From Octopus sinensis (Eukaryota), in assembly GCF_006345805.1 (NCBI RefSeq), contig NC_043001.1, positions 57,040,001-57,104,000 of the forward strand: a DNA stretch of 64,000 nt, written 5' to 3'. Below, piece after piece: positions 12,193-25,937 of this stretch (position 1 is its first letter; each line of letters starts with the position of its first letter). Both the position numbers and the translations under genes were made by a program. Below the pieces are notes generated by a model, which worked only from the letters and a program-made list of their open reading frames with translations, was not told the origin of the DNA and made no database searches.

Positions 12193-15100
12193 TCTAATAT
12201 ATAAAATAGAAATGTGTGCGTAATTTATTTTTCATGCGTAAACGGCTTCACCAATTACTTCCATATGTGTGGTGCATAAAGAACTTGACCTCGGACACAT
12301 AATAAGGTCTTCATTTGATTTTTTCTTTTAAAATTAAAAAAAATAAAAAACAGTGCTTTTTGTATTACATTCACGTCTTTCAAAGATTTTAATATATTTA
12401 CTTCCGGTTTTCTAGCGTCAGTGACGTAACATGCCTCGTTATGTATATCTCTCTATCCATCTATTTCTCTCTATCTCTATCTTTCTGCATCATATCTCTC
12501 TATCTATATCTCTTGTTTTCACTTTCATTTTTCAGAACCTACTCTTTTCACTTTTTATGTTCATACTCCATTGTTTCTCTTCCATGTTATTGTTTTCACT
12601 GTAAGTCTAAGTTTTGAATCGCTTTTTACAAAGAAACAACGACAAATTACTGACAGAAAGAAATTCGAAATTACTGATGTAAGTAATTTCATGATTCACT
12701 TCAATCCATACGGTCTTGTGCTTTTCTTTTGTTGCCGTTTTCTTTCTGGTATCTTCGATACTGGCTCTTTGGTTCATTGAGTGACAAATATCGCTTCAAA
12801 CCATACAATACTTTATTTTCCGTTAAAATTTCTTATTTACTTTCTGCCCGTCGTATTAAGAAACATAATTTCCGTTACCAAGTTATTCTCATTGTTTACT
12901 ATCTTATGCACCCGTGTATTTCTGTATACATATATAACCATTCGTAGAAGGAAAGTGTCAAATTTGTCGGCATAACTACAGATTTCTGCCCCCAACACAA
13001 TTTCCATGATCATAACTTTCAGAATAATAAATATCTTTTAATAAAAGTTTCCAAAAATATATGTTATATCGTGCAAATTTCGAATATGTAGGGGGTGGGA
13101 ATTTACTGAAAATTCACCCGAGTCTACTATAATTCGTCTTAAATTTCAAGAAAATGGATATTCTTTAATAAAATTCTCTACATTAGATTCACTTCTTTAA
13201 AAAGGTCTCTCAATGTTAACTTCCGGTATTGGCATAAAAACGGCGAAGTCTATCCCTGTATAAATTTTCATGCTTTCATTTCAAGTTTTAATTCGCTATT
13301 TCTAAACAACTACGATAAATTACTGAAATAAATATTTACTAAGTTCACAAATTTAGATATTCCGTACATGCTTTTATTTATATGATCTTTTCATTCCATG
13401 TCCATCTCATTCATTGTTTGCAATATTCTGTCTCTCTCTCTCTCTCTCTCAGACACACACACCAGGTTTGATTTCTTTATTACACAAATATCGCGTTAAA
13501 ATTTTGCAATTAAACATGTGGCGTGCAAAAAATATAGGCATTATTTTCCTGGAACTCTCACACTTAGTTAATTTACATAAAATGTTTTTATTTATTTTCT
13601 TTTTCACGTCGTGTTCAGCTATGTATTTATAAGTCACATACGTACACGTTTTTGTATGGATATTTTTATACATTTATGTATGGTGTGTGTCTGTGTGTGT
13701 GTGAGTGAAGGGGTGTGTTGTCATGTATTCGTATATACATAAATACATATACATACATCCTTTCTGTATGTATGTGCACACATACATACAAGAAAATATA
13801 CGTCTATTATTTATGTGTATATATGACGACACACCCCTTTACTCACTCTCTCTCACTTACTCTTTCTCACTCTGTCTCACACACACACCTCCATTTCATA
13901 TGTGGTTTGATATTGTATGTATATGTATCTGTGTGTGTGTGTGTGTGTGTGCGGGCAGCGTTCCACAATCGTCAGAAAAAAGCAGAGTTATTTTCTGTCT
14001 TGATTGATCTTGGTAACACATGTAAGACATTTGTAACATTACTTATCTCCAAAGTAAGGCAAAAAAAATATATTGCAGTTCCTGTATCAATGTCTGGCTT
14101 TGCTACCATTAATCTCACTGGAGGACAAACAGCTCATACTGCCTTTAAATTACAACTAAACCTGGTCACAAGTGACAGTCTAATTTGTAACATAAGCAAA
14201 GATTCAGGTTAAGCAGAAGTGTTGTGCCACTGCCACCTTATCATTTGGGATGAATGTACCATATCACATAGAGGTGCAATCGTTGCTCTTGGTAACACCT
14301 TAAAGAAAATCAGGGGCAACATTAAATTTATGGGAGAAATTACATCAGTTTTATCACGAGGCTTCAGACAGACATTACCAGTCATTCTGAGACGAACAAG
14401 ATCTGATGAAATGAAAGTATGCATTAAGTCTTCACACCTATGGATTAAAGTACTGAAATTATCCTTCAATACTAACGTGCCAACTTCAATACATGGGAAC
14501 CAATGTGCAAAACAGTTTTCAACATGCCTCGTCCAATTCGGAAATGGGAAAGTACCACTTGATAGGAATGGTGATATCAGTTTGCCTCATATTGCTGTAT
14601 AGGTGAATTCCCCAGCTGAATTCCAGAGTATTGCCAGACTTCAGTAATAATTATAATTCACATAAATGGTTGTGTGAAAGGGTATTCTTAATTCAAAAAA
14701 ATGAGACAGTAGCAAGAGTTAACCATGAATTAATGAATAATATTCCAACAGTCATTAAGGAGTACAAATCAGTTGATTCAATCCTTGATGAAAATCAAGC
14801 TGTTCATTGTTCATTACACCACAGAGTTCCTCAATTCTCTTGAGCCATCTGGAATTCCTCCTCATAAACATTTTCTGCAGGTAGGAGTCCCAATAATGCT
14901 TCTAAGAAATTTAGACATTATCACGTAATGTGACAGAAGTTACCATCATCACTGGATGTGCCTCTGCGGAAGAGGTTTTCGTTCCAAGAATTCCAATCAA
15001 ACCAACAGACATGCCCTTTGAATTCAAGCGAACACAATTCCCGGTGCGACTTTCCTTTTCAATGTCTATTAATACAGCTCAATGTCAGTCTTTGACATCT

Positions 15101-15366
15101 ACTGGCTTGATTTTCTCATGGTCAATTTTGTTGGTTGCTCTAGGCTAGGTAGTTTGCAAGACTTATTTGTCTATGCTCCAAACCATAAACAAAAAATGTT
15201 GTTTACCCAGAAGCTCTTACATAATTTTGATCAACATATATAGTAGAATTTATCTCCTTTCATAAAAGTGGTAAATTTTGTATTTTCGTTTATTGATTGA
15301 TTGAATCTAGTTTCAGCTTATGAGCTGTGGCCATGCTGGGCCACCGCCATTTATTATTATTATTAT

Positions 15367-15405
<39 letters not shown>

Positions 15406-15458
15406 CCAATAAGTAAAGAACAATTTCATTCCTGGGCAAGGTCGGGTGCCTCTGCTAG
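12193..15458 (+). mobile_element. Helitron (probably one element; termini intact, interior decayed and invaded by microsatellites)
   Basis: 5' A|TCTAATATATAAAA at 12193. 3' subterminal GC hairpin cctgggcaaggtcggg (15431-15446) then CTAG|T at 15455-15458. A helicase remnant lies between them. Linking both termini to one element is inference. Confidence 0.6.
13960..15224 (+). pseudogene. Helitron PIF1-family helicase domain, frameshifted
   Basis: GNTCKTF (degenerate Walker A), GGQTAHTAFKL, LIIWDECTISH (Walker B), RGFRQTLPVI, SSHLW, FVPRIPIKPTDMPFEFKRTQFPVRLSFSMSINTAQCQSL, NVVYPEALT* ending at 15224. Multiple stops and frameshifts. Confidence 0.92.
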
Positions 15459-16619
15459 TATATATATATGTATATGTGTGTGAGTGAGTGTGAGTGTGAG
15501 TGTGTGTGTTTGTGCGTGAGTGTGTGTAAAATGAAAGAAAGAAATAGAGTGCTGGGTATTGCTACAGTTTTTTTGTTAGTTCTTAATTTGATTTAAGTAT
15601 AATACAATTAGTCAGGCTATGCAACGAACCGTGCAACTTCCATGCTCGTCAGGCAACTTTTCAACAAGAATGACACAACGAATTGTTGAGTAATCCATTG
15701 ACTCTTAGCAATTAGGCTTGATTCCCGTCGATATGGCTTCATTCTTTTGGGATCCTTAAAAACTGAAATATATAGAGTAAACATGCATATGGCCAATGAC
15801 TTTACTATTATCACAAAGCATTTTATAATCCAAAATTTCTGCCTAAAAACAAGGATAGTGAGAAAGATGGAAGGAAAACGACAATGAACGCCATAGATCC
15901 AGGTCTGTGTAACAGAGTTAACATACGACACCGCTGTTTTTTAAGAGCAGTGTGGAATAATATGTTGAAATGTATGAAATGTTTACAGAATGTGTTAATC
16001 AGTAAATTAATTACAGATTAATGCTTCCAACTACTGGAATCAGCTAATAGTTCAGAAGGGTCAGCTGGCATTGTTAGAACGAATATCAGATTAAATACAC
16101 TCTCTGCCTACCTAATGTACTTAACAAAGGCAGCTTCTAAGAGGCCAAGCAGGGTGATACAAGCAAACTCACAAGACTAGGCCGTGATCTTGTTAAGAGT
16201 AAGGCAACATTTTTACCCGATTTCCGAGTTGAAATCCAATATGGGAGCTCCTTTACATATTTCTGAGACGACAACCTCATATTCTACTGCTACTGGTACA
16301 TCTAACTATTGATGAAACGCAAAGATTTTCCCGAAAGAAAGACGGAAAAGAACAATCAGCGAGAAGAGTCCATACACATTCTTGCCCTATATTATATTAT
16401 GTTATATTATATTATATCATATTGTATTATATTATGTTATGTTATATTATAATAATATAATATTATGTTAGTACATTAAAATATGTCAATCGTAAATATC
16501 CATTTTCTTTTCATTTTTGTATATTGAATATATACCCATTTTTTCTGTAAAAAACCAGACCAGTGAAAAATTGAATGCTTCCATCCTTATAGAAGAGCCT
16601 GTTTTCCTTATATATGATT

Positions 16620-16621
16620 TT

Positions 16622-16654
<33 letters not shown>

Positions 16655-16658
16655 CTAA

Positions 16659-16689
<31 letters not shown>

Positions 16690-16694
16690 GCTAG

Positions 16695-16754
<60 letters not shown>

Positions 16755-16780
16755 ATATCTATATATCTATCTATCTATCT
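16620..16780. repeat. (TATC)n microsatellite
   Basis: Direct reading. Confidence 0.95.
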
Positions 16781-16974
16781 TGTATGACTCTTATCTCTAT
16801 CTTCTATTCCCACTCTCATTTTCCTCATTTTTCTCACCCCCCTCTCTCACATTTCTTGGCCCTCTCTTTCTTTAATTCCCACTATTTCCCACTCGCTTAT
16901 CTCCCCTGTACCTTTCTCTTTGTCTCTGATTTTTTTCTACAATCACTTTGCCCCCTACACATCTCTCCTCCTTC

Positions 16975-17395
16975 CACGTGACCGGTGTCCGACCAGCCAT
17001 GATCTTTCTTTCTTGGCCTGACTGCTGACCGCCAACACCTCTTATGTCCATCTTTTATGTTCTTGCCTTTAGGCTTTCACTTCATACGCGCCATTCGTTC
17101 TCAGTCGAAAGACACCTGTTGTTATTTCTTGTTGTTTGTATGCGTAATTTTTTGGGTTTCTTACAAAAGGGTCTAATGCACTTAGCTTAGAGTTGTTTGG
17201 GGGCAACCAGATCGAACTTTCTCATGTGTAATTGCCCGAAATGGTCATGACTTCTGGAATTTGACTGAGGAAAGAAAGCCACGAATGAGCCGTCTTTTTT
17301 GCCTGTCTCCTTTAATTGTTGTTTCTCTTTACCGTTTTTGTATCGTCTATCTGTTCGGATGTTTTAATGTCTTCTATTGTGTCTTGGTTCCATTT
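16975..17395 (+). repeat. Non-coding interspersed repeat related to the reverse complement of 63211-63960
   Basis: Shared blocks in the same order: cacgtgacc..ccgac, cttag..gggg..ca.ccagatcg, ccgaaat, ttgactga.ga, cgaatg, and a pyrimidine-rich tail. Confidence 0.5.
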
Positions 17396-19229
17396 TCACA
17401 CTCACACACACGCACACACACACACACATATATATATATACACACATATCTGTATGTGCCTTTGTCTCTGTGTTTGTACTGCACCACGACGTGACAACTT
17501 GTGTTGTGGTATTTAACTCCTCATAACTTAGCGGTTCGAGCAAAGTGATCGATAGTATACATACCAGGCTGATAAAATAAGAAACATTAGTACTGGGATC
17601 GGTTCGATTAAAATTCTTAAGGGTGGTGTACAATCATGAAGATATATAATATATGATATAATGTAAATACATACTCAAGCTCGGGTGTGTCCCCCACCCA
17701 TATGCACAAATATATACACACACACGCAAACGGTAGTCTCTACTTATTTCAGCCATTTGAATTTGACTTTGTTCATACTGGAGCATCGTCTTCAAATATA
17801 TAGTTGATCAAATCATCCCAAGTACTTATTTTAAGTCTGGTTCCCATACTGTCGGTATATTTGTATGAATCCCTCAAGCCACAGCTACATAAAGAATAGT
17901 AGATCTGTTGTCTAGGAGGTAACAAACACATGCATATTGATACACCTACACAAACTCATAAAAACATGTATGCGCACAGGCACACATATGATTACGCGAT
18001 GTGTTTTCAAATGGTTTCCGTCTACCAAATTACACTCACATGTTCAGTGTCCCGGATTACACACGATATTTGTTAACATATTGCTCAGTGGAACTGAACC
18101 CAAAGTTATGTGCCTTCAAAGCAAAATGCTTAATTCTCACACACGTACAAATGCTCACATACACGCACACATCACGCATTTACATACGCCTACGCACACC
18201 TCATACAGAAACGCATGCGCGCGTTTAAGTTTATCTGTCAGTTTTCCTATGTAGACTCAAGCCTCTACCATACGAAATTCCACGCAGAAGGTAATTGCCA
18301 ACCAGTGGCTATGATAGAAAATTCCCAATTACTACGCAGTGGGATAGAAAATAACATCACGAGATTGCGCAGCGTTCTGTTTAACCCCACATGTATGCAT
18401 GCCAGTTTGCTCACGTCACATACCGTTAGTCGTCGTTGAAACTAAGTAGTTTGTGTGTGCAAGGTGTGCTACGTGTAAATATCAACAACATTTCCAGACA
18501 CCCAGTGGCATTCTGATTTCCTCTCTCTCTCACTCGCAGCAGGAAGTATACGACGTCGACCTCAAAACTGTTGTTCTCAGCATACACACGCATTGCAATT
18601 TTTTCGACTCTATTGAACAGATTTATTCTTCAATCAGGCCATCTTCAGTTTCCTCAAATGATTGATTTGTTCTTTTACCATAGAACAAGTAACTTCTTTA
18701 CTTAGTCTCCTCTCACCCCAACCCAGTGTTTATAATAAATCAGACATCATTCATTTTCATTCATCTGACTTAGTTCTACATCTCATTGATAATGTAAGTC
18801 TCCTTTCAAGTTCATACTTAGCTCGAAATCGAACATTAATTACTGAATTTCACGCATGTGTCTATTATACTTCTATGTACAGGCTATACTTATGCATCAC
18901 ATTCTAAGACGAAACCCTTATATCCCCAAATGCACACATACAGGGGGTTTGTATACTTACACTTATACAGATCTATGTACATAGATACATACGTATGTAA
19001 ATGTGAATAATTCTATCTATCTATGTTTCTACCTATTTATCTACATGAATGTGTGTACATATATATACACACACGTTTAAATATACGTATATATGTATAC
19101 ATATACTGATACATATATGTAGATATAACATATATGTATATATATTACATATGAATATATGTGTATATATATATGTATACACATATACACATATGTGTAT
19201 ACACACACACACTCACACACACACATACA

Positions 19230-19271
<42 letters not shown>

Positions 19272-19642
19272 TACCGTCAGAAATTAATTAGCACCCTTGA
19301 TTTGCTCTTCACTCAAGGTATGTGCTGTCACCTTGTGGCCATATCTCGAACTATTGCTTTGTTGCGAGTTCACTGTTGCGCAGAACGATGACGTAACTTT
19401 GTTTGCAGAGCAGTTTGAGAGTCTACAGCCTTATGATGTTGACATAGCAGTGCAACAAATTGGAGTGCGGATGCAGACAAATCTTCCTTTGTTTAATAGA
19501 TATAGGTAGCGCCTCGCAAGGACCGAAATCACACCATCCTAAGTTTTCTCATCGCGTAAGACGTTTTGAACAGCTCATAGGTTAATTGATTTAACCTATT
19601 TAATGTAGAAATTTGAGAAGTGCTAATTAATTTCTGACGCAA

Positions 19643-19678
<36 letters not shown>

Positions 19679-19827
19679 CAAAATGTATAAACAGATTATG
19701 AGGAAAGCCCTGACACAATTTAGGTTACTTGTTGTTATCCGTGGATTTACTCCAGGAACTTCGCAGTAGCAGTTGGGGTGATAATATTAATGAAATAGGA
19801 GATGGAATGTGTATTAAAATTCATTAA

Positions 19828-19872
19828 GTACAACACATGTTTCGACTCGTCATTCTGGGTCTCTTCGGGTAC
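19828..19872 (-). ncRNA. Candidate type I hammerhead ribozyme (U4C core variant)
   Basis: GUAC-CCGAAGA-GACCC-agaaugac-GAGUC-GAAAC-augu-GUU-GUAC: stems I, II and III all close in the expected order. Confidence 0.55.
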
Positions 19873-20025
19873 ATCCATAAAAATGTTGCTCTAGAGATTT
19901 CTTGTGCCGATTTGCTTACCGTTATATGTCCATCAAATTCGACAGTGAATTAAAAACAAAGATAAAATAATACACACTTCATCTATTTTATTAATACTAT
20001 ATATGTATATATGTATGTGTGTGTG

Positions 20026-20104
<79 letters not shown>

Positions 20105-21062
20105 GCACACGCGCACAAACAAAACGTATGTATAATTATGTGTGTATCTGTGAGTATTTGTGAATGTTTGCACGCGTGTGTGATGAATTGCTTGAAGCAT
20201 TCACATTTTAGTGTTAGAATACACAAGTAGCAAAAAGAAAAAAAAAAACAATAGAATTTGAAACCCGAAGACGATTGAAATTAACTGTAAAATGTAAACA
20301 ATACAAAAACCATTAAGCGATATCTCTGAGAATACTGTGGCACACATACACAACATATATTGTAGACAAAATGTGCAAAAGTAACCGTATTCAAATCATT
20401 TGCAATAAACGGTTGACATTGAAGAAGGTCACAAGCAAAAGTGTTATTATGTGGTTACAGACACATAATATGTATTGCTTCTTTAATACATAAATTAATG
20501 ATAGTTTTATAACATGCATATTAAAAAAGGAATAATTATCAGATGCCTGAAACCATAGATTGAAAATTACCATGATCTTCTCAACTATCAACTGTTTATT
20601 GCATAATTTGCATATCCCAGACATCAAACCTTTCTATTGCTTTGCGTCTCTGTGCATGTCATGACAGGTTTTCGTGTTGTTTACACTTCATTTGTTCACG
20701 TTTCAGATTTCTTCACTTCAAGAATTGAGCCTACATATTCTGTTATTTTAGAATATTGTTTAAATTTATGTTGTTCATTTTAAGTTCTTTTTTATGAAGA
20801 AAATCTCCAGAGTGAAGCTATATCTCATCTTTCTTTGTCACAGTCTTCATGTTTATATTCACATACACACAAACATACACACACATAAACACACACTATG
20901 CATATACACAAACACAGACTCACATAAAATAGACGTATATAGATCTGTACATACAAACACGAACACTCCAGCAAAAACATATATAATCGTATACATATAT
21001 ATTTGTTTATCTGTGTGGATGTATATATGTACATATAAATGTACATATATATGTATATATAT

Positions 21063-21141
<79 letters not shown>

Positions 21142-21453
21142 GTATATATGTATATATGCATATATATATATATATATATGTATGTATATATATATGTATA
21201 TAAGTATGTATGTATATATATATATATGTATATATATATATAGGTATGTTGGTGTAGGTTTGGCTGTGTGTTAAGACGCTAATGAAAGGACAGACTATGG
21301 GGTACATTGGGCGTCTTCTACTATGATATCGAGTCGAGCAATGCCTCGTGAGTGGAATGCCAGACAAAAAGTGAAAGAAGCCCATCCTGTATATATGTAT
21401 ATATATATACACATACATACGTTTATATATACATACATACGTTTATATATATA

Positions 21454-21959
21454 CTAGCAGCATAGCCCGGCATTGCCCGGGTATGTAAGAGCCCCTGGAG
21501 CAGACATGATGCTCGCTGTGAATTTTTAAAAAATTCCTGCCAATTTGTGAAAAATATTGTCGAAAATATGTCATCTTGAATTTGAACGCGATTTCCCAAA
21601 ATGGCATGATTTTATCAATTGTTTCTGATGGTAAGGTATTGCATGGAAAACTAACGTCAGAATTAAGTTTCTTAGGGTAACATTAAGCTTCACCATGAAT
21701 TTGGTGAAAATCGATTGCAAGTTGCGAAAACTACAACAGAAAATGTGTTGCAAATGAAAAGCTTAGATTCTCGACCCCATGTCGAATTTATCGATGATTT
21801 CCAGAAATGGGGGAACTTTTCAAACTTTTCGCTGCGTTAGTTTTGAATTATGACATTGGGCTATGTGTGTGTCAAGTTTCATCAGAATTGGTTGAAAGCC
21901 GTGGTCAGGGTGAAGGTACAACCTGACAGACACACAGACACACAGACAGACAAACTGCC

Positions 21960-21970
<11 letters not shown>
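21454..21970 (-). mobile_element. Non-autonomous Helitron (~0.5 kb)
   Basis: 3' end cccgggcaatgccggg hairpin, then ctatgctgCTAG|T (21481-21454). The 5' part tatataaacggcagtttgtctgtgtgtctg..caaccaattctgatgaaacttgacac is typical of microsatellite-bearing non-autonomous Helitrons. The 5' TC is lost in a (TA)n run. Confidence 0.8.
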
Positions 21971-22007
<37 letters not shown>

Positions 22008-22039
22008 CACATATATATATATTCATGTGTGTCTGTGTC

Positions 22040-22230
22040 TGAGTTTGTAATCCCACCATCACTTGACAACTGATGATGGTGTGCATACGTCCTCGAAATT
22101 TTGCGGTTCGGCCAAACACCGATGGAATAAGTAGTAGCTTACAAAGAATGAGTCCTGGGATCGATTTCATCGACAGAAGGTGGTGCTCCAGCATTGTTGC
22201 AGTCAAATATCTGAAAAAAGTAAATGAGTA
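22040..22230 (+). mobile_element. SINE 3' portion (family of 60087-60430)
   Basis: tcccaccatcacttgacaac..gatggtgtg..cggttcggc..aataagta..cttacaaagaat.agtcctggg..ggtgctccagcat shared with other copies in the window. Confidence 0.65.
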
Positions 22231-22473
22231 AAAATGAAAATATAAAATATACATATTTATATTTATACTTATACATACAGCTATGGTAACGCAAACAAGA
22301 AAAATAGAAGTCAAGATATGTGTGTGAGTGTGTGTGTGTGTGTGTATATATACATATATATTAGATCTTCTCATCTTCCCGCGCGTTAAACTAATACATC
22401 TGTGTCTTGTTTATACACCTGACTTCGTCTTTTCTTTTTCTGTAAATGTCAACTATGTACACACACACACACA

Positions 22474-22585
<112 letters not shown>

Positions 22586-22728
22586 TATATAGATAGATAG
22601 ATAGATAGATAGACAGGTAGATAGATAGATAATCCAAACATGAACAAAGAGAAAACAAAACAACGCGTGGACGTGGAACAAGTATAGTGTTATTGGACGC
22701 TGAGTAAAGGAAAAAGAAAGAAGGAGAA

Positions 22729-22761
22729 TTTAACGTTTCGAGCGAAGCTCTTCGTCAGATA
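22729..22761 (-). ncRNA. Candidate minimal type I hammerhead ribozyme
   Basis: uau-CUGACGA-A-GAG-cuucg-CUC-GAAAC-GUU-aaa: intact core, 3-bp stem II and palindromic ACGU stem III, but a weak stem I. A paralog lies at 49364-49396. Confidence 0.5.
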
Positions 22762-22910
22762 CATAGAAAAAGGAAATTCCAAGGTAGGGATACATACTTA
22801 AACATACGAAAACTTCAGTGCGATAAACGACTCACATACATGTAAATATATATAATACCTAAATAGGTATGTTCGAGTGTGTGTGTGTATATATATATAA
22901 TATATATATA

Positions 22911-24142
22911 TATCAAGTCATCACATAAGTTCTGTCCGACTTTACCTTTTTTAAAATTTAATGAAATTTAATATTATTTTAGAATGTCTAATGGAATTAA
23001 AGATTATTTTTATGCATTAGTGTACATTTAAACTAATTAAATATTACTTTACAGAATAATAGAATTATAATTCTTTGATTAAAACACTATCTAACATGGA
23101 AGTATCTAAAGAGTATTTAAGGCACATAATGTTTTATGAGTACAAAAAAAGGAAAATCTGCAGCCAAAGCGACTCGGAACATATACTCAGTCTATGGGAA
23201 AGATTGCTTGAATGAAAGATATTACTGAAGATGGTTTGCAAAATTCAGAAGTAGAGATTTCAGCTTTGAAGATGAAGATCGAACAGGACGTCAGTTGAGT
23301 TTGCATTATCAGTTGAAGAATTGGCAATAAATCTTAGTTCAAATCATACAACTGTTCATCATCTTCGACAACTTGGAAAGGTTCCTCAACTTGGAAAATG
23401 TGTGCCTCATGCATTGTCTGAAAGCAACGCCAAATCTCGAGTTGGCAGCTGCTCTTCTCTCCATTCTCGCGTACTTATTTCACTCTTTTTGGTGGCGGAA
23501 AGTGGATCGTCTATCGAAATGTTAACCGTCGTAAACAGTGACTTGGTAAAAGAGAAAAGCTCAACCACAACCGATACGGGAACTTCATGAAAAAAACGGT
23601 CTTCTCTCTATCTGGTGGGATTGCAAAGGAATAATTCACTTTGAATTGTCACCACCTAATGTAACAATCAATGCTCATGTCTACTGAGCAATTAGAACGT
23701 TTAAACCAAGCTTTGAAGAAAAAAAAATACCCGCTCTCGTGAATCGAAAACGAGTGATGTTTTATCAGGACAATGCAAGACCCCGCACTGCAAAGATCTC
23801 ATCACAGAAGATCGAAGAGCTTGGTTGGGAAAAATTTCCTCATCCACCTTATTCTCCCGACCGTGCTCTTTCAGACTACCATTTATTTTGTAGGTTAAAG
23901 AATCATTTGGGGGACATATCTTTCGCAAGCCAGGAGGATGTCGAAACTAACATTTCAGAGTTATTCGCTTTGAAACCAAAAGAGTTTTACATAGATGGGA
24001 TTAAAAAGCTTGTAAATAGATGGAAGGAAGTCGTAGATAATCAGGGAAAGTATATTCATGATTAAATTTCAATTAATTATAGCATTTGATGACTTGTTTT
24101 CTTTATTCAAAATTTGGACAGAACTTATGGGATGACCTGATA
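22911..24142 (+). mobile_element. Full-length decayed mariner (DD34D) transposon with TIRs
   Basis: Left TIR tatcaagtcatcacataagttctgtcc (22911) matches right TIR ggacagaacttatgggatgacctgata (to 24142), TA-flanked. N-terminus MEVSKEYLRHIMFYEYKK..RWFAKFRS..EDEDRTGR. ORF 23739-24065 has YQDNARP..PHPPYSPDRALSDYHLF, with exactly 34 residues between D2 and D3. The first catalytic D motif is damaged. Confidence 0.93.
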
Positions 24143-24767
24143 TATTATCAATATATCTATTACTATATTTATATCTGTATGTATGTATGTATGTATGTAT
24201 GTATGTATGTATGTATGTATGTGTGTATGTATGTATGAACGGATGGATGTATGGATGGATGGATGGATGTATATATGTCATATGTTAGACATGAACACTC
24301 ACACAAACTTACCGTGGTGTAAGAAAGAAATTAATCTATATCTGGTAATAAATAAAAATATTCACTTGAGAATTCAGATTTTGACTTCCTTGCGTTTCAA
24401 GTGTTACATTCTCAACCATCTGTGGAGAAAGAAGAGAAGGTAAAGAGGACAAGGAGGAGTCTTATGAATAATACATATCTAAGAATTATAAGTATGCGGT
24501 GTTTATAGAATTTTGATAAATTACATGAAATTTAAAAAAGCGAAAATGGTGTAATATACGCATATTCACAACATCAGCTGAAATATAACTGTAAATGAAT
24601 TTATATGATAATGCACTGTACTTCATTAAATTAATTTTGTAATTCACAAACACGCACACACATATATATACACACATAACAGAAGTATATACATATACAC
24701 ATATATGCATATACACAAGTATATTGCATACCCACACATACGCACAGATAAATATTTATATATACAT

Positions 24768-24803
<36 letters not shown>

Positions 24804-25041
24804 CACGCACTGTATATGTTGCTCATATATGTATGTTACTGTCACGATAGTATTTGCGATCATGCAATAGGCCTAATTAAAAATATGAGTAAAGTTAAAT
24901 ATCTAATTATACTGGAAATAATTATATTAGCTGTATCTCATGACAGAACATTTTCATATTAACATTCACATATCAGTGAGATAATATTGCCTATATAGCA
25001 AGATTTAATGTGCGTATGCGTGCGTGTTTGCCAGTGTAGTG

Positions 25042-25088
<47 letters not shown>

Positions 25089-25419
25089 AGACAGAAGATG
25101 AATAGACAAAGGTGCGGTTTTAAGTTGAGTAACTTTAAGTGCGCCTTCCAATATATACGTGTGTGCTTGTGAATGAAGTGTGTATGTGTCATAGGCTAAC
25201 ACACATTGACTTCAGTGGTGCGTGCATCTTTTAATTTATAGTCAAGTTAACACTATATCTAAAGAAACACACACACACGAGTTTGGGCTGAAAAGTTCTT
25301 TGCTTGCATATATTAATTACTACCAGAAATTTCTTTTAAAACTGAGAAAATTTGGCATCATGGTTTTATAAAGTACCTGTAGAAAAAGTAATTGGCTCCT
25401 GAAAACAATGATATAATTG

Positions 25420-25466
<47 letters not shown>

Positions 25467-25937
25467 ATTCGTTTTGCAAGATTCTTGATGTGATATCGTG
25501 TGTTGAAACAGACATTGCTGTATTTGGGGATGGTCATGTTGCCAGTTTAGCCAATAAAAACACACGCACTATATATTTGGTGTTAATTTGTTTCAGCTTT
25601 ATTTTATTTTTTTTACATTAATTGTATTTCAGCCAGTCTTTCCTTACTAACGATCAACCATTTTGTATTTTGTATTCCTATGTATGTGTTTTTATTTGCG
25701 TATGTGTATACCCTACGTGTGTCTATGTTTAGTAAGTGTGTGTGTGGGGGGCTGCCTATATTATCTGTATCCCCTATTTATACACGTTTAATTTGCTTTT
25801 ATTTATTTTCTTCATGTGTTTATACCTACATATTTTTTCTCTATTCTTTCTTTTTTTGTATTTAATATAATTTATAGTTATTCATTTGTTTATCTGTGTA
25901 TTATATTATATTATATTTTGTTCATATTGTTATCAGT

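Noticed and set aside
17560-17600. ccagg-CUGAUAA-aauaa-GAAAC-auua-GUA-cugg hammerhead-like string
   Set aside because: G8 is lost without compensation, there is no stem II, and it is a mutated stretch of a common SINE tail.
19297-19509. 70-aa non-repetitive ORF resembling a signal peptide plus mature region
   Set aside because: Short, with a non-ATG start, no recognisable domain, and an internal donor-like AAG|GTATGT; within chance expectation.
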